NCBI GenBank assembly: GCA_964472495.1
Contig: CAYYLD010000002.1
Span: forward strand, 27,949-91,948
DNA: 64,000 bases
Direction of reading: 5' to 3'
Source of the DNA: an uncultured Candidatus Saccharibacteria bacterium
GTDB taxonomy: Bacteria > Patescibacteriota > Minisyncoccia > Portnoybacterales > UBA2143
A model generated the notes under the pieces. That model saw only the letters and a program-made list of their open reading frames with translations, was not told the DNA's origin and made no database searches. Shown here one piece after another: positions 48,175 through 56,727 of the stretch (within the stretch, counting starts at the first letter, position 1; each line of letters opens with the position of its first letter). The position numbers were made by a program, and so were the translations under genes.

Positions 48175-48932
48175 TTTGTGCCTCCTTTGCTAAAAAAGAA
48201 TGGGTAGAATTTTTCGCTAATCGGCCAGCCAATCAAAGGGACCACTTGGAGATTTCCATATATTCTTTTTTCTTCGTAGGTTATTAAGTCCGAGGCAATC
48301 TGATCAAGGAACAATCTTATTTGTTTCGGCCCTTCTGCCCATATTTTGATTCTTGTCCCACAAAGCTTATCTTTTGTCTTAGCTGATCGACAATCAACCG
48401 GCCTAACCGGATAAATACTACAAAGGTCTTTGTCTAAAAAAATACAAGACCTTTCCCGATAAGCCTCTCTTAAGGCTGGTCCTACATCTTCCCAGCGTTC
48501 TATATCGACCACAGCCGATAAAGAAGACGATGTTAAAAGGCTTCTCTTGTTTCTTTGATAATAATGGTAAAAATCCAAAGCCTCCTTTTTAACTCTCTGT
48601 TTAATGGAGCGGCGGTTTGGCTTAGAAAGCGAGCTTATATAATCAATTATCAGCTCCATTTCTAAAGTAGTACAACAAACCAACTGGTGGCAGCACCAAG
48701 AACAACCCCGATGACAGCTAATTTCATTTTCTTTTAGGTACTCTTCAGTCAAATCATCCATTAGACGGAAAATATTTCTGACTAAAGCTACGCCTTCTTC
48801 GGGTTCTCCTAATCTCTCTAAAAATTCGCCTTTTGCTTTACCGTAAACAATCCGCTCTCCTTCACTCATTTTCCAGCCATGAACCGGGTCAATCTGATCA
48901 ACCCTTACTTGCATTTCTCGCAATAAATACAT
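48120..48932 (-). CDS. YkgJ/UPF0153-like putative Fe-S or zinc-binding protein (CxxCxxCC domain)
   Basis: CHRGCSWCCHQLVCC...CIFLDKDLCSIYPVRPVDCR motif. RBS AAGGAGGTGAAAGGAA. The Lys-rich tail overlaps the next gene start by 55 nt. Confidence 0.5.
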   Translation of the reverse strand: MYLLREMQVRVDQIDPVHGWKMSEGERIVYGKAKGEFLERLGEPEEGVALVRNIFRLMDDLTEEYLKENEISCHRGCSWCCHQLVCCTTLEMELIIDYISSLSKPNRRSIKQRVKKEALDFYHYYQRNKRSLLTSSSLSAVVDIERWEDVGPALREAYRERSCIFLDKDLCSIYPVRPVDCRSAKTKDKLCGTRIKIWAEGPKQIRLFLDQIASDLITYEEKRIYGNLQVVPLIGWPISEKFYPFFFSKGGTNWKGKKKKRKKKGKRTSH

Positions 48933-49054
48933 TTCCTTTCACCTCCTTTATTCAAAAATTAAGGTACAAATTAAGCCAAACCTTCTTTGGTTTGGCTAAT
49001 TGACTATTAAAATAACTTTAACAGATTCAAAGGAATAGTCAATCTCTAAAGAGT

Positions 49055-49188
49055 CGTTTTAAAGGGCGTACCTCTCGACCACGACTTGCCTAAAGGGTCG
49101 CCCTCTCGACCACGTCCTTTGCTTCGCAAAGGGCGTGGAATCTCGAGGGCAACCCTCTATGTGGAATCTCGATACACGCCCTTTATAC
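49055..49188. repeat. Right terminal inverted repeat (~135 bp) of the IR-bounded cassette
   Basis: Reverse complement of 46376-46510 with a few substitutions. Confidence 0.7.
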
Positions 49189-49434
49189 CTTTAACCCCAA
49201 GGCGACTGCTTTGGCGATGCGGCTACTGACCAATGATTCTTTACTGGGAACAACTTTAATTTCCTTCAAGTCAGCTAATTTAACTTTGTTCTTTTTCAAA
49301 AACTTATCAATTTCCGGTAAAATCGTTTCGCTTAATTGATAAAGACCGGGCCATTGATGGCCGGCTATTTTTTTCTGGCCTTTCTTTAAAACCAGCTTTG
49401 GTTCTCTTTTAGATAAGTCAATGACTAAAATCAT
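49183..49434 (-). CDS. Hypothetical protein, ~84 aa
   Basis: ORF. The start is placed at MILVIDLS. The ORF-track extension to 49485 is encoded by GGGCGT-family palindrome DNA. The stop abuts the right IR. Confidence 0.35.
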   Translation of the reverse strand: MILVIDLSKREPKLVLKKGQKKIAGHQWPGLYQLSETILPEIDKFLKKNKVKLADLKEIKVVPSKESLVSSRIAKAVALGLKV

Positions 49435-49459
49435 TCTTAACCACTCAAAGGGTCCCTTT

Positions 49460-49684
49460 TTATACGCCCTTGCGCAGAATTTCAAAAATCTTATTTCTTT
49501 GTTTAAACCCCTTGATTAGCTTAATATTCTGCCACGGACATTTAAAATAATCAGCTAAGACATCAATAACTGCTCGGTTGGCTTGGCCTTTAATTGGTTT
49601 TTCTTTAACCCAAACTTCAAGATTGCCCTGTTTTTTGACAACGGCCCGCTTCTTAGAATTGGGAAAAACCTTAACTCTGATTAA
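49460..49684 (-). CDS. DUF167/YggU (UPF0235) family protein
   Basis: MLIRVKVFPNSKKRAV...KGQANRAVIDVLADYFK matches the YggU pattern. Confidence 0.5.
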   Translation of the reverse strand, partial: LIRVKVFPNSKKRAVVKKQGNLEVWVKEKPIKGQANRAVIDVLADYFKCPWQNIKLIKGFKQRNKIFEILRKGV

Positions 49685-49740
49685 CATTCTTTTAAAGGCA
49701 ACCCTTAAATCCCGAGGCACACTCTTGTCTTGTCAACTTC

Positions 49741-50160
49741 TCATTTCTTTTTCCTTTTAGCTTCTAATCTTCTGGCTCCTTTCTCATCAAAACCAAAATG
49801 ATGAGCAATTTCATGCCAGACAGTATCCTTGACCAAGGCGATTATTTTCTTATCTGCTTTAGCCAATCTCTCAATCGGCTCCTGAAAAATACTAATTTTG
49901 TCAGGTAGAATATTGCCGAATCCCCGGCCCCAGGTTGTCTGAGGAACGCCCTGATAGAGTCCTAAAAGAGAATTACTTGACCGCAAACCAACTTTGGCCA
50001 ATTGCCCGGCCGAGGCCTTTTCTTCAACAATAACCTCCACATTGTCCATTTTTTGACGGATATGTTCCGGCAACTCCAAAATCGCTTGTTCAACTAACTT
50101 TTCAAAATCAGCTCGTGGCATATCCATCATTCTATCAGATTTAATCAATTTATCAAACAA
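49741..50160 (-). CDS. Zincin-like metallopeptidase family protein (DUF1025-type)
   Basis: WHEIAHHFG HExxH motif near the C-terminus. The start is either the TTG at 50160 or the ATG at 50130. Confidence 0.5.
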   Translation of the reverse strand: MFDKLIKSDRMMDMPRADFEKLVEQAILELPEHIRQKMDNVEVIVEEKASAGQLAKVGLRSSNSLLGLYQGVPQTTWGRGFGNILPDKISIFQEPIERLAKADKKIIALVKDTVWHEIAHHFGFDEKGARRLEAKRKKK

Positions 50161-50228
50161 AAAAAGGAGCCCCGGGGGATTAGGACCCTTGACTTAATAA
50201 TTAACCTCAGTTGATTATTATAGGTAAA

Positions 50229-50423
50229 TTATTTTCCTTTTTTCAAGGTCGCTAAAAATTCCTCTTCGGGAAGCCAGGGAGCAATCCGTTTTACTTTTTC
50301 TAAAATTTTCTTCTTCTCCGTTTCGGTTTTAGCCGCCGTTAACTTAGCCCGCAGTCGGCGGTATTGTTTTCGGCGCTTGCGCCGTCGATGAATTTCAGCT
50401 TTCTTTATTTGTCCTCTTTTCAT
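50229..50423 (-). CDS. Small highly basic hypothetical protein, 64 aa
   Basis: ORF with a K/R-rich N-terminus. No clear RBS. Confidence 0.3.
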   Translation of the reverse strand: MKRGQIKKAEIHRRRKRRKQYRRLRAKLTAAKTETEKKKILEKVKRIAPWLPEEEFLATLKKGK

Positions 50424-50545
50424 GCAATTATTGACAGTAAATAAAAATAACGATAAGATAAATCATAAAGGATTTGTCCTTTTAAAGCAAAATAAAGGAA
50501 GCAAATTCGTACTAATTTCTGATAATCTAAGAGAAGGAGGGAAAG

Positions 50546-51313
50546 ATGAGAAAGACAAAATTCATCCTCTTACTGCTAGTAATAACCGTAGGGTTTTTGT
50601 CTGTAATCGGATCAGGGACGAGTCAGACAGGGAGATATATCGGTTCTGCCGTGTTTAAGGATCCGCGTGACAAAGAAATTGGTGGCGCTATAGGAGAACT
50701 AATCGGGGCACATCAAGAGCAGAAAAGGAGAGAAGAAGAATTAGAGAAACAGCGTGAACTAGAGAGACAGCAAATGGAGGAACAACGCAGTCTGGAGGAG
50801 AAACGGTTGGCCGAACATCGGAGACAGTTCGACCAAGAACTGGGCCAGAGAAAGGAAGAATTTAATAAACAGATGGGCCAACGTCAGGAGGAATTTGACA
50901 AGGAGATGTTACTGAATAAAAATCGAGAGCAACCGAGAGGTTCTGTAGAAAGAGAATCAAAGAATGAATGTACAAACGACAGCATCTTTTTTGAAGGATC
51001 GAATGGCACCATTCAATTACCTATCCGCAACAAAAAGGATGGCCAGCGCACAGTCTCCCAATTCTGGGGAATATTTGTTGAAAAAATCCATCCTATTTTG
51101 TGGAAGGCTGGTATCAGGCCTGGCGATGTGATCTTCGGCTTCGACTATAAGGCAGTACATTCAAGTAGCCCTAAAGAACGCTTCGATAAGCTATTCCAAA
51201 AAATGCAGGAGAAGATCGATGAAGGAAAAGGAACTATTAAACTTCATTGGTGGAACCGTTCTACTAGAAAAATTGAAGAAGGTTCATTCATACTCAAAAA
51301 GAAAGGAAAATAG
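50546..51313 (+). CDS. Secreted hypothetical protein with a charged Q/E/R-rich repeat region and a C-terminal PDZ-like segment
   Basis: Strong RBS (GAGAAGGAGGGAAAGATG), a signal peptide and GIRPGDVIFGFDYKAV. GC content and codon usage are shifted relative to the surroundings. Confidence 0.5.
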   Translation: MRKTKFILLLLVITVGFLSVIGSGTSQTGRYIGSAVFKDPRDKEIGGAIGELIGAHQEQKRREEELEKQRELERQQMEEQRSLEEKRLAEHRRQFDQELGQRKEEFNKQMGQRQEEFDKEMLLNKNREQPRGSVERESKNECTNDSIFFEGSNGTIQLPIRNKKDGQRTVSQFWGIFVEKIHPILWKAGIRPGDVIFGFDYKAVHSSSPKERFDKLFQKMQEKIDEGKGTIKLHWWNRSTRKIEEGSFILKKKGK

Positions 51314-51676
51314 ATGAGAAAAATTCTTTTAACGTTAGTCCTGGGTTTTTTATTTATTACCGGGAACTCAGCTATCGCTGGCGACATATACATTAAGGGG
51401 ATCGGGTTTGACGGACGATGCGCCAAAATAGAGTTTGGGAGCACCGAGAACGATACCGATGACCGGGTAGTGATAAGATGTAAGGTCTTCGATAGACAGA
51501 GAAACAGAGAAACCGTCTTCGGAGGTGAAAGACTATTCAGGAATATTTCCGGCTCTGGCTACTTTGTAGAGTTTTGTGGTCGCTCCGTAAATCCCGAGTA
51601 CGCTATCGTCCATGTCCAGGCCTTCCATAATGGAAAATTAGAGGACCAAATGACATGGTCGAGAAGCAGAAGATGA
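51314..51676 (+). CDS. Secreted hypothetical protein, 120 aa
   Basis: Signal peptide MRKILLTLVLGFLFITGNSAIA. The ATG abuts the previous stop. Confidence 0.45.
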   Translation: MRKILLTLVLGFLFITGNSAIAGDIYIKGIGFDGRCAKIEFGSTENDTDDRVVIRCKVFDRQRNRETVFGGERLFRNISGSGYFVEFCGRSVNPEYAIVHVQAFHNGKLEDQMTWSRSRR

Positions 51677-51711
51677 GACAGAATTCCGCGACATAGACAA
51701 CTGGATCAACT

Positions 51712-51750
51712 TGGATTACCTGACCCTTTTGGGCAAATGCTCAAAAGGGT
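51712..51750. terminator. Strong bidirectional rho-independent terminator GACCCTTTTG-N10-CAAAAGGGTC followed by T9
   Basis: 10-bp perfect stem with U-runs on both strands, between convergent genes. Confidence 0.65.
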
Positions 51751-51758
51751 CCTTTTTT

Positions 51759-51956
51759 TTATTTCTCCTGCTGCTCTTCAATAAACTTTCTAATTGACCG
51801 GTCATAGGTCTTTTCCGCTTCCTTGGAAAAAAGACAAGCCGGTAATTCGCCTCTCTGCCAATGGTATTTAATACACTGACAACAAAGCCCTTTCTTATCA
51901 CAGCCGGGATAAGTGCAGGGACAATCTTTCAAATTTTCTCCTTGTCGACACTCCAT
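51759..51956 (-). CDS. Small cysteine-rich protein, 65 aa
   Basis: [22 protein letters not shown] holds 8 Cys. An extended -10 promoter sits directly upstream of the ATG, so the transcript looks leaderless. Confidence 0.45.
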   Translation of the reverse strand: MECRQGENLKDCPCTYPGCDKKGLCCQCIKYHWQRGELPACLFSKEAEKTYDRSIRKFIEEQQEK

Positions 51957-51962
51957 AATCAG

Positions 51963-51990
51963 ATTATAGCATAAAAAGGGGCGCTTCCAA
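51963..51990 (-). promoter_or_regulatory. Promoter TTGGAA-N16-TGcTATAAT positioned 7 nt upstream of the ATG of the Cys-rich ORF (leaderless)
   Basis: Read on the minus strand from the sequence. Confidence 0.4.
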
Positions 51991-52057
51991 AATGAAGTGC
52001 CCTATTAATCTCTTCTCTTATTTCCACGCCATTCCTTCTCCTTTCGGTTCACTATCT

Positions 52058-52270
52058 CTACTCTTCCACTAAAACCACGTCTTTAATTCTATCCATTGGC
52101 CAGTGTTCTTGTCTGTTCTCGCCAGGAACCCCAATAACGTTGAGTGTAACCGTATCTGTTATTTTATCAAGCTTCCCCATATCAGCCAAGAAACTCTCTT
52201 CTTCGTTATTAGCAGGTAAAACCAATACCGCTTCTCCTTCTAAAGACAAAACTTTTTCTCTAATATTCAT
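52058..52270 (-). CDS. Hypothetical protein, ~70 aa
   Basis: The start is placed at the ATG with a GGAGGAATAATT RBS. The ORF-track start at 52369 is upstream. A candidate TTGACG-N17-TGTAAT promoter lies upstream. Confidence 0.4.
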   Translation of the reverse strand: MNIREKVLSLEGEAVLVLPANNEEESFLADMGKLDKITDTVTLNVIGVPGENRQEHWPMDRIKDVVLVEE

Positions 52271-52432
52271 AATTATTCCTCCCTTCGGATAGCAAAGAAC
52301 TTCTCTAATTGATTTAATTACAGCATAAATAGATGTATTCGTCAAATAGAAAACTGCTTCAAAAAGCAATTTGTTTTCTCAAACAAAAGCAATTTCTTTC
52401 TTTAAGAAATATATTTATCCCAAATATGCGTT

Positions 52433-52897
52433 TTATCTATTCAAACTCCAAACCATGTAAGTCAGGTAAGTAGCAAAAGTAACCCAGCCGCCATAAGGAA
52501 TCAATAACCAGGCGGCCCGGCCGGAGAGCGGCCAGATTAAAATAATTAAAACCAAGACCGAAAGACCAAGCAAGCCGGCTTCCCAGACGGCCGGCCCAAT
52601 TAAATGTTGATTAAAGAAAAGGAAGCTCCAGAAAATATTTAGAAGAGCATTAATCAGAAAGATAATAATAATCCACCAAAAGCGGCCTTGATGAGGTACT
52701 TTGTTCCAGACAATCAGCGCTGAAATAGCGCCTAAAATAAAAATGACTGTCCAGGCAAAACCAATCACCGACCCTGGCGGCGTCCAAGCGGGCAATTTGA
52801 TCGTCCGATACCAATCCAGGCCACTTTTGGTCAGCCAACTTCCCAACCAAGCCACCCCTAAAGTAATTAATGGAATAACCAAATAATTTAATTTCAT
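52433..52897 (-). CDS. tspO: TspO/MBR family tryptophan-rich sensory protein
   Basis: 154 aa, 5 TM, W/P-rich (AWLGSWL...WYRTIKLPAWTPP...LNIFWSFLFF). Confidence 0.7.
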   Translation of the reverse strand: MKLNYLVIPLITLGVAWLGSWLTKSGLDWYRTIKLPAWTPPGSVIGFAWTVIFILGAISALIVWNKVPHQGRFWWIIIIFLINALLNIFWSFLFFNQHLIGPAVWEAGLLGLSVLVLIILIWPLSGRAAWLLIPYGGWVTFATYLTYMVWSLNR

Positions 52898-52933
52898 AAT
52901 TTCATCTAATTTCTGGTTTCTGATGAGGTTTGA

Positions 52934-53701
52934 CTATTTTTTATCAGCCGTCGGTAATTCTTTGCCCATTTTCTCAAAAGCTCTTAAAATTTCCAAGGGC
53001 ACCGCAAAGACAATCGTATTGGACTGGTCGGAACTAATATCATTAATTGACTGAAGGGTCCTTAGATGGAGGGCGCCTTTAGCTTCGGACAAAGTCCGGG
53101 CCGCCTTAGCCATATTATTAGCGGCCATGACTTCACCCTCGGCTTTAATGATAATGGCCCGTTTCTCCCGCTCGGCTTCGGCTTGCTTGCCAATAACCCG
53201 CTTCATTTCTTCAGGCAAAGTAATATCTTTTAATTCTACATTATCAACTTTAATTCCCCAAGGGTCACTCGCCCTATCAATTATCAGCCTGATACTTTCA
53301 GAGACCTTATCTCTTTGTGAAAGCAGTTCGTCTAAATCCACTTGACCGACCGCATTACGCATGGTTGTCTGGGCTAATTGAGAAATGGCATAATAAAAAT
53401 CCTCTACTTCCAAGATCACCTTATCCGCTTCAGCTACCTTGTAATAAATGACTGCGTTAACGCTGACCGAAATATTGTCTTTGGTAATCGCTTCCTGATT
53501 AGGCACGTCAACTGCCTTAACTCTTAAATCCACTTTTTTGTAAGACTGAATAATCGGGAAAACCAATCGCCAACCCGGATTCATCAAACCAATATACTTG
53601 CCCAACATAAATTTAACCCCTTTTTGATACTGGGTAATCTGCTTGATTGAAATTAAGATAATAAAAAGAATTATTCCTAAAATTATCCAGATTGTATCCA
53701 C
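52934..53701 (-). CDS. SPFH/band-7 (stomatin/HflK-like) domain protein
   Basis: N-terminal TM followed by the SPFH domain and a coiled coil. GTG start. Confidence 0.8.
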   Translation of the reverse strand: MDTIWIILGIILFIILISIKQITQYQKGVKFMLGKYIGLMNPGWRLVFPIIQSYKKVDLRVKAVDVPNQEAITKDNISVSVNAVIYYKVAEADKVILEVEDFYYAISQLAQTTMRNAVGQVDLDELLSQRDKVSESIRLIIDRASDPWGIKVDNVELKDITLPEEMKRVIGKQAEAEREKRAIIIKAEGEVMAANNMAKAARTLSEAKGALHLRTLQSINDISSDQSNTIVFAVPLEILRAFEKMGKELPTADKK

Positions 53702-53785
53702 TCTATTCTCACCCCCTTTCTCTTAATCATTTTTTAACTACCTATTCTATTATAGCAAAAATAGACCAGCCGGCAACCCAGGCAA

Positions 53786-53817
53786 CAAAAAAGCCCTGCT
53801 GGCAGCTTGTCAGCAGG
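53786..53817 (-). terminator. Terminator hairpin CCTGCTG-N9-CAGCAGG followed by a T-run on the minus strand
   Basis: Seen in the sequence downstream of the 53863 gene. Confidence 0.4.
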
Positions 53818-53862
53818 ACATATTTTAGATAAATAGTTAGTTCGTGGGCATTTCGGAAGCAT

Positions 53863-54600
53863 CTAGTCGAAATACATTGCCAATCTGGCAACTAGGAAGC
53901 TGCCTGGTTCCAGAAGAATCCCCTCTGGGGTATTGAAGTCATCTGGATGAGACAAAAGTGGCTCGACGCAGACATATCCCGACTTCCAATCCGTCCATAT
54001 ACATATCTGACCGTCCTCAAACCCTTGAAATGGACACATTCTAACCTTTCCGACACCGAATAAATTGATTTCAATCTCACTACTGGCCTCAAATATCTCG
54101 GAACCGTATGGCCGGTCGACATAGATAGGTTCAATACCCTGACCAAGGAAAATAATTTCTGCTCCTTCAGGAGCAGAAAAGTACGGATGCCAAGCGAACT
54201 CGAAAGGAACTGGAGTGGCCAGTCTGTTCTCAACGCTGACAGTTATCCCCAGAGAATTCTTATCCAAAAGGTAGCTGACTTTGTAATCCAATTGGTAGCC
54301 GAACTGCCTGAACTCACAAATATACTCAACGTCAGTCAGCCGTTCCGCAACATCAACAAGCTGCCAATAAACATCTCTCAATCCACCATGCTGAGGAATG
54401 GTAGCAAATCGACCATTCTTCTTTTTGCCGAAAATTGGTGAGCAGAGATGCATCCCTCCCCGGACTAAATCCTTACCCCCTTCTCCTTTGATAACTTGCT
54501 GCGGAAAGAAAAAATCCTTTCCGTCTTTCTCTAAGTTGGTGATTCTCGCGCCCATAGCCAGGGTTTCTATACTTAATATTTCATTATAAGAGTACAACAT
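53863..54600 (-). CDS. Aldose-1-epimerase-like (galactose mutarotase-like) domain protein
   Basis: GGMHLCSPIFG...IPQHGGLRD...W pattern resembling YeaD/hexose-6-P 1-epimerase. RBS AAGGAGGGCC. Confidence 0.5.
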   Translation of the reverse strand: MLYSYNEILSIETLAMGARITNLEKDGKDFFFPQQVIKGEGGKDLVRGGMHLCSPIFGKKKNGRFATIPQHGGLRDVYWQLVDVAERLTDVEYICEFRQFGYQLDYKVSYLLDKNSLGITVSVENRLATPVPFEFAWHPYFSAPEGAEIIFLGQGIEPIYVDRPYGSEIFEASSEIEINLFGVGKVRMCPFQGFEDGQICIWTDWKSGYVCVEPLLSHPDDFNTPEGILLEPGSFLVARLAMYFD

Positions 54601-54665
54601 ATGGCCCTCCTTACATTTCTTGAATTGGCATTAATTGTTAGTGAACAAATTTCTAAACTAAAACA

Positions 54666-54694
54666 AGCGTACCACAGAAATATGTTTATGTCAA
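54666..54694 (-). promoter_or_regulatory. Conserved-module promoter ATTGACA-N17-TACGCT
   Basis: Member of a seven-copy promoter family in the 54.6-62.7 kb interval. Confidence 0.45.
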
Positions 54695-54713
54695 TCCTTT
54701 CGACAGACTAGTT

Positions 54714-55418
54714 CTACAAATCTATCTCAATTTCTGGCTTATCTTTGTTAAGCAAGTCAGTGGTTGCTTTGGCCTGACATTGTTCAGTCAGCAAATTAGC
54801 CAATTCATCTCTGGCTCGTTCAATAAGCGATGATGGAGCTGGATCAATGCCGTCAAGATTAATGACAATTTTTTTAGTTTCTTCGGTAAGCTTGGTAAAA
54901 TCCCCGTTGCGCCAGTTCCATTTTCGGCACATCACATTCAAGGTTTTATCGTCAAAGTAAATTACTTCGTTGGGCTCGGGATTTTCCTTATCTTGAGTGC
55001 CTAAAGGAATAAATATCTCATTGCCCTTAGCCAGACTGAGCCGCAGATTGCCTTCTATCTTTTCAACATCATCACCGCCGCAGGGGAGCAGATATTTGAT
55101 GGAGATATAATTGAATAAAGCGACTACCGAGTTTATAAAAGGCAGACCGCCGCCCTTGGCAATTCTCGCCAGTAGCGATTTAATGGAAGGCAAAAATTGA
55201 TTTGGATTAGAGCCGAATTTCAAATGGACCTCATCCCAGGCTTTGACTAATTCATGCTCCACTAAATTTTGACCCATTTTTTCTTCTATTTCTTTGTTCA
55301 AGAGCTTCTTAATTCTTTTATTGCCTGGAGCGTTGACTATCTCGCTGACGATAATAATCCCTCGGTTAAAGCTGGGAAATTGATTAAAAATTTCCTGGTC
55401 AATAATAATTTTTCTCAT
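54714..55418 (-). CDS. B3/4 domain protein (PheT B3/B4-like, stand-alone)
   Basis: LLPCGGDD...GNEIFIPLG...EVIYFDDKTLNVMCRKWNWRNGD fits B3_4 family signatures. Confidence 0.5.
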   Translation of the reverse strand: MRKIIIDQEIFNQFPSFNRGIIIVSEIVNAPGNKRIKKLLNKEIEEKMGQNLVEHELVKAWDEVHLKFGSNPNQFLPSIKSLLARIAKGGGLPFINSVVALFNYISIKYLLPCGGDDVEKIEGNLRLSLAKGNEIFIPLGTQDKENPEPNEVIYFDDKTLNVMCRKWNWRNGDFTKLTEETKKIVINLDGIDPAPSSLIERARDELANLLTEQCQAKATTDLLNKDKPEIEIDL

Positions 55419-55428
55419 TGTCTTAATT

Positions 55429-55767
55429 TCAACAAGTTAAATGCAGAGCGGCTATAACTTTTTTCCGGTCAGCCAGCTGATTGTAAATCTCAACTGCTTT
55501 GGCGGTTGGCTCGGCCATCAACTCAATCCCCTCTTGAGCCAAATATTCCTTGGTTTCTTCCATCACCTCAACCAATCCGGAGTCACCGGTGCCAATAACC
55601 AAAACAGCCGGCTTTTCCTTAACCGCTTCTTTAATATCTTCCGGGTAAACTTTATGGCCTTCCCGGCGCCACCACTTTTCCAGCCGCTCTGGATAAATAA
55701 TCACGTCGTGCCGATATTCCTTCCCCTCAACCTTAATTTGCCCAAATTGATAACCATCTATCCGCAT
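55429..55767 (-). CDS. Mth938-like domain protein
   Basis: FGQIKVEGKEYRHDVIIYP...KPAVLVIGTGDSG...TAKAVEIYNQLADRKKVIAALHLTC. Confidence 0.65.
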   Translation of the reverse strand: MRIDGYQFGQIKVEGKEYRHDVIIYPERLEKWWRREGHKVYPEDIKEAVKEKPAVLVIGTGDSGLVEVMEETKEYLAQEGIELMAEPTAKAVEIYNQLADRKKVIAALHLTC

Positions 55768-55783
55768 ACCATTCTATTGTATC

Positions 55784-55809
55784 AAAAAACCGCCTCTTTG
55801 GCGATTTTT
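55784..55809 (-). terminator. Conserved terminator hairpin module (AAAAATCGCC-loop-GGCGGTTTTTT on the minus strand), copy 1 of 9
   Basis: Near-identical sequence recurs at 56633, 58759, 59503, 60125, 60773, 62695 and 63507. A fully paired stem with a G-U pair forms only on the minus-strand RNA. Confidence 0.55.
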
Positions 55810-55891
55810 GAAATATAAATAATTTATCTTTAAAAAAATAAGGGCCAGATTTTTTGTGTCTAACCCTCTCCGTTCTTAAGAAAGCCTTGTT

Positions 55892-56113
55892 TTAAAAGCA
55901 ATCAGGGCAATAAAATTTGCCTTCTCTTTCCCTAAGGTGTTTGTTTAGGGTGACCCGCTTGCATCCGGTACATCGTTTACCGTCCTCTCCTAACAAAACA
56001 GCTACATCATCTCTTATCCCATCCTGAGGACCCCATGGATTGGATTTGTCAGGAAAAGGCTCATTCGGCGTCGGTTGTCTAGTCCCAAAGCCCATAATCA
56101 TCCCTCCTTTCAT
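55892..56113 (-). CDS. Small zinc-ribbon protein, 73 aa
   Basis: CTGC...CPDC pattern. RBS GAAAGGAGGGATGATT. Confidence 0.45.
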   Translation of the reverse strand: MKGGMIMGFGTRQPTPNEPFPDKSNPWGPQDGIRDDVAVLLGEDGKRCTGCKRVTLNKHLREREGKFYCPDCF

Positions 56114-56147
56114 TAATAAAGTTTACCTGATTAAGTACGATTTTCTC

Positions 56148-56474
56148 TTAACTGCCACCGGGCCGGCGTGATTTGTCCATTTGGCGCGCCTTTTCAGCTA
56201 TCTCTACTATCAGCTTGGCTGCTTCTTTCGAGCTAATCCGTTTTCTCTCAACTTCCCTGATTAGAAGAATTGCCTCTTCGTAAAAAGACAGTAAAGTCGT
56301 GATGAAAACCAGAATATCAATATCTGTCTTCAGAACCTCAATCGCCTTTGCTTTAGCGATTTCTGCCTTTTCATCGACCTCGGCTACCATCAGGGTCTCT
56401 ATATAGGCCTGGATAAAATCGATCAGTTTTTGCTTAGCTTCAGGGCTAAGCGATTTTGAATATAGTTCAGTCAT
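56148..56474 (-). CDS. Hypothetical protein, 108 aa
   Basis: RBS GAAAGGAGGAAGGA. Operonic with 55892-56113. Confidence 0.45.
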   Translation of the reverse strand: MTELYSKSLSPEAKQKLIDFIQAYIETLMVAEVDEKAEIAKAKAIEVLKTDIDILVFITTLLSFYEEAILLIREVERKRISSKEAAKLIVEIAEKARQMDKSRRPGGS

Positions 56475-56580
56475 TCCTTCCTCCTTTCGTCAAGACGAAC
56501 ACGATACTTATACTTTTATTATTATTTTAAGGTACATTTCCTTTCCTTCAGACAAATTTTAATTTCAGCCAATTAAAAAA

Positions 56581-56608
56581 AGCATACCACAGAGCACACT
56601 TTTGTCAA
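56581..56608 (-). promoter_or_regulatory. Conserved-module promoter ATTGACA-N16-TATGCT
   Basis: Family member. A degenerate terminator hairpin lies just upstream at 56633-56654. Confidence 0.45.
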
Positions 56609-56727
56609 TGATTGAATTGTATTTTCACTCTGCCAAAAAACCGCCTCAGGCACGAAATTCTTAAGATTTTTTATTTTCCCAAATTTTTGGCTGCGCTGGT
56701 AATTCGAAATTAGGCATCGTATTTTTA

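Noticed and set aside
46376-49188. IR-bounded cassette as a classical IS or transposon
   Set aside because: There is no DDE, HUH or serine/tyrosine recombinase signature in the cargo and no target-site duplication at the ends. I keep it as a candidate novel element.
50161-50228. CCCCGGGG-containing GC block between the zincin-like gene and the small basic ORF
   Set aside because: The palindrome has no loop and no flanking T-run. It is probably not a terminator.
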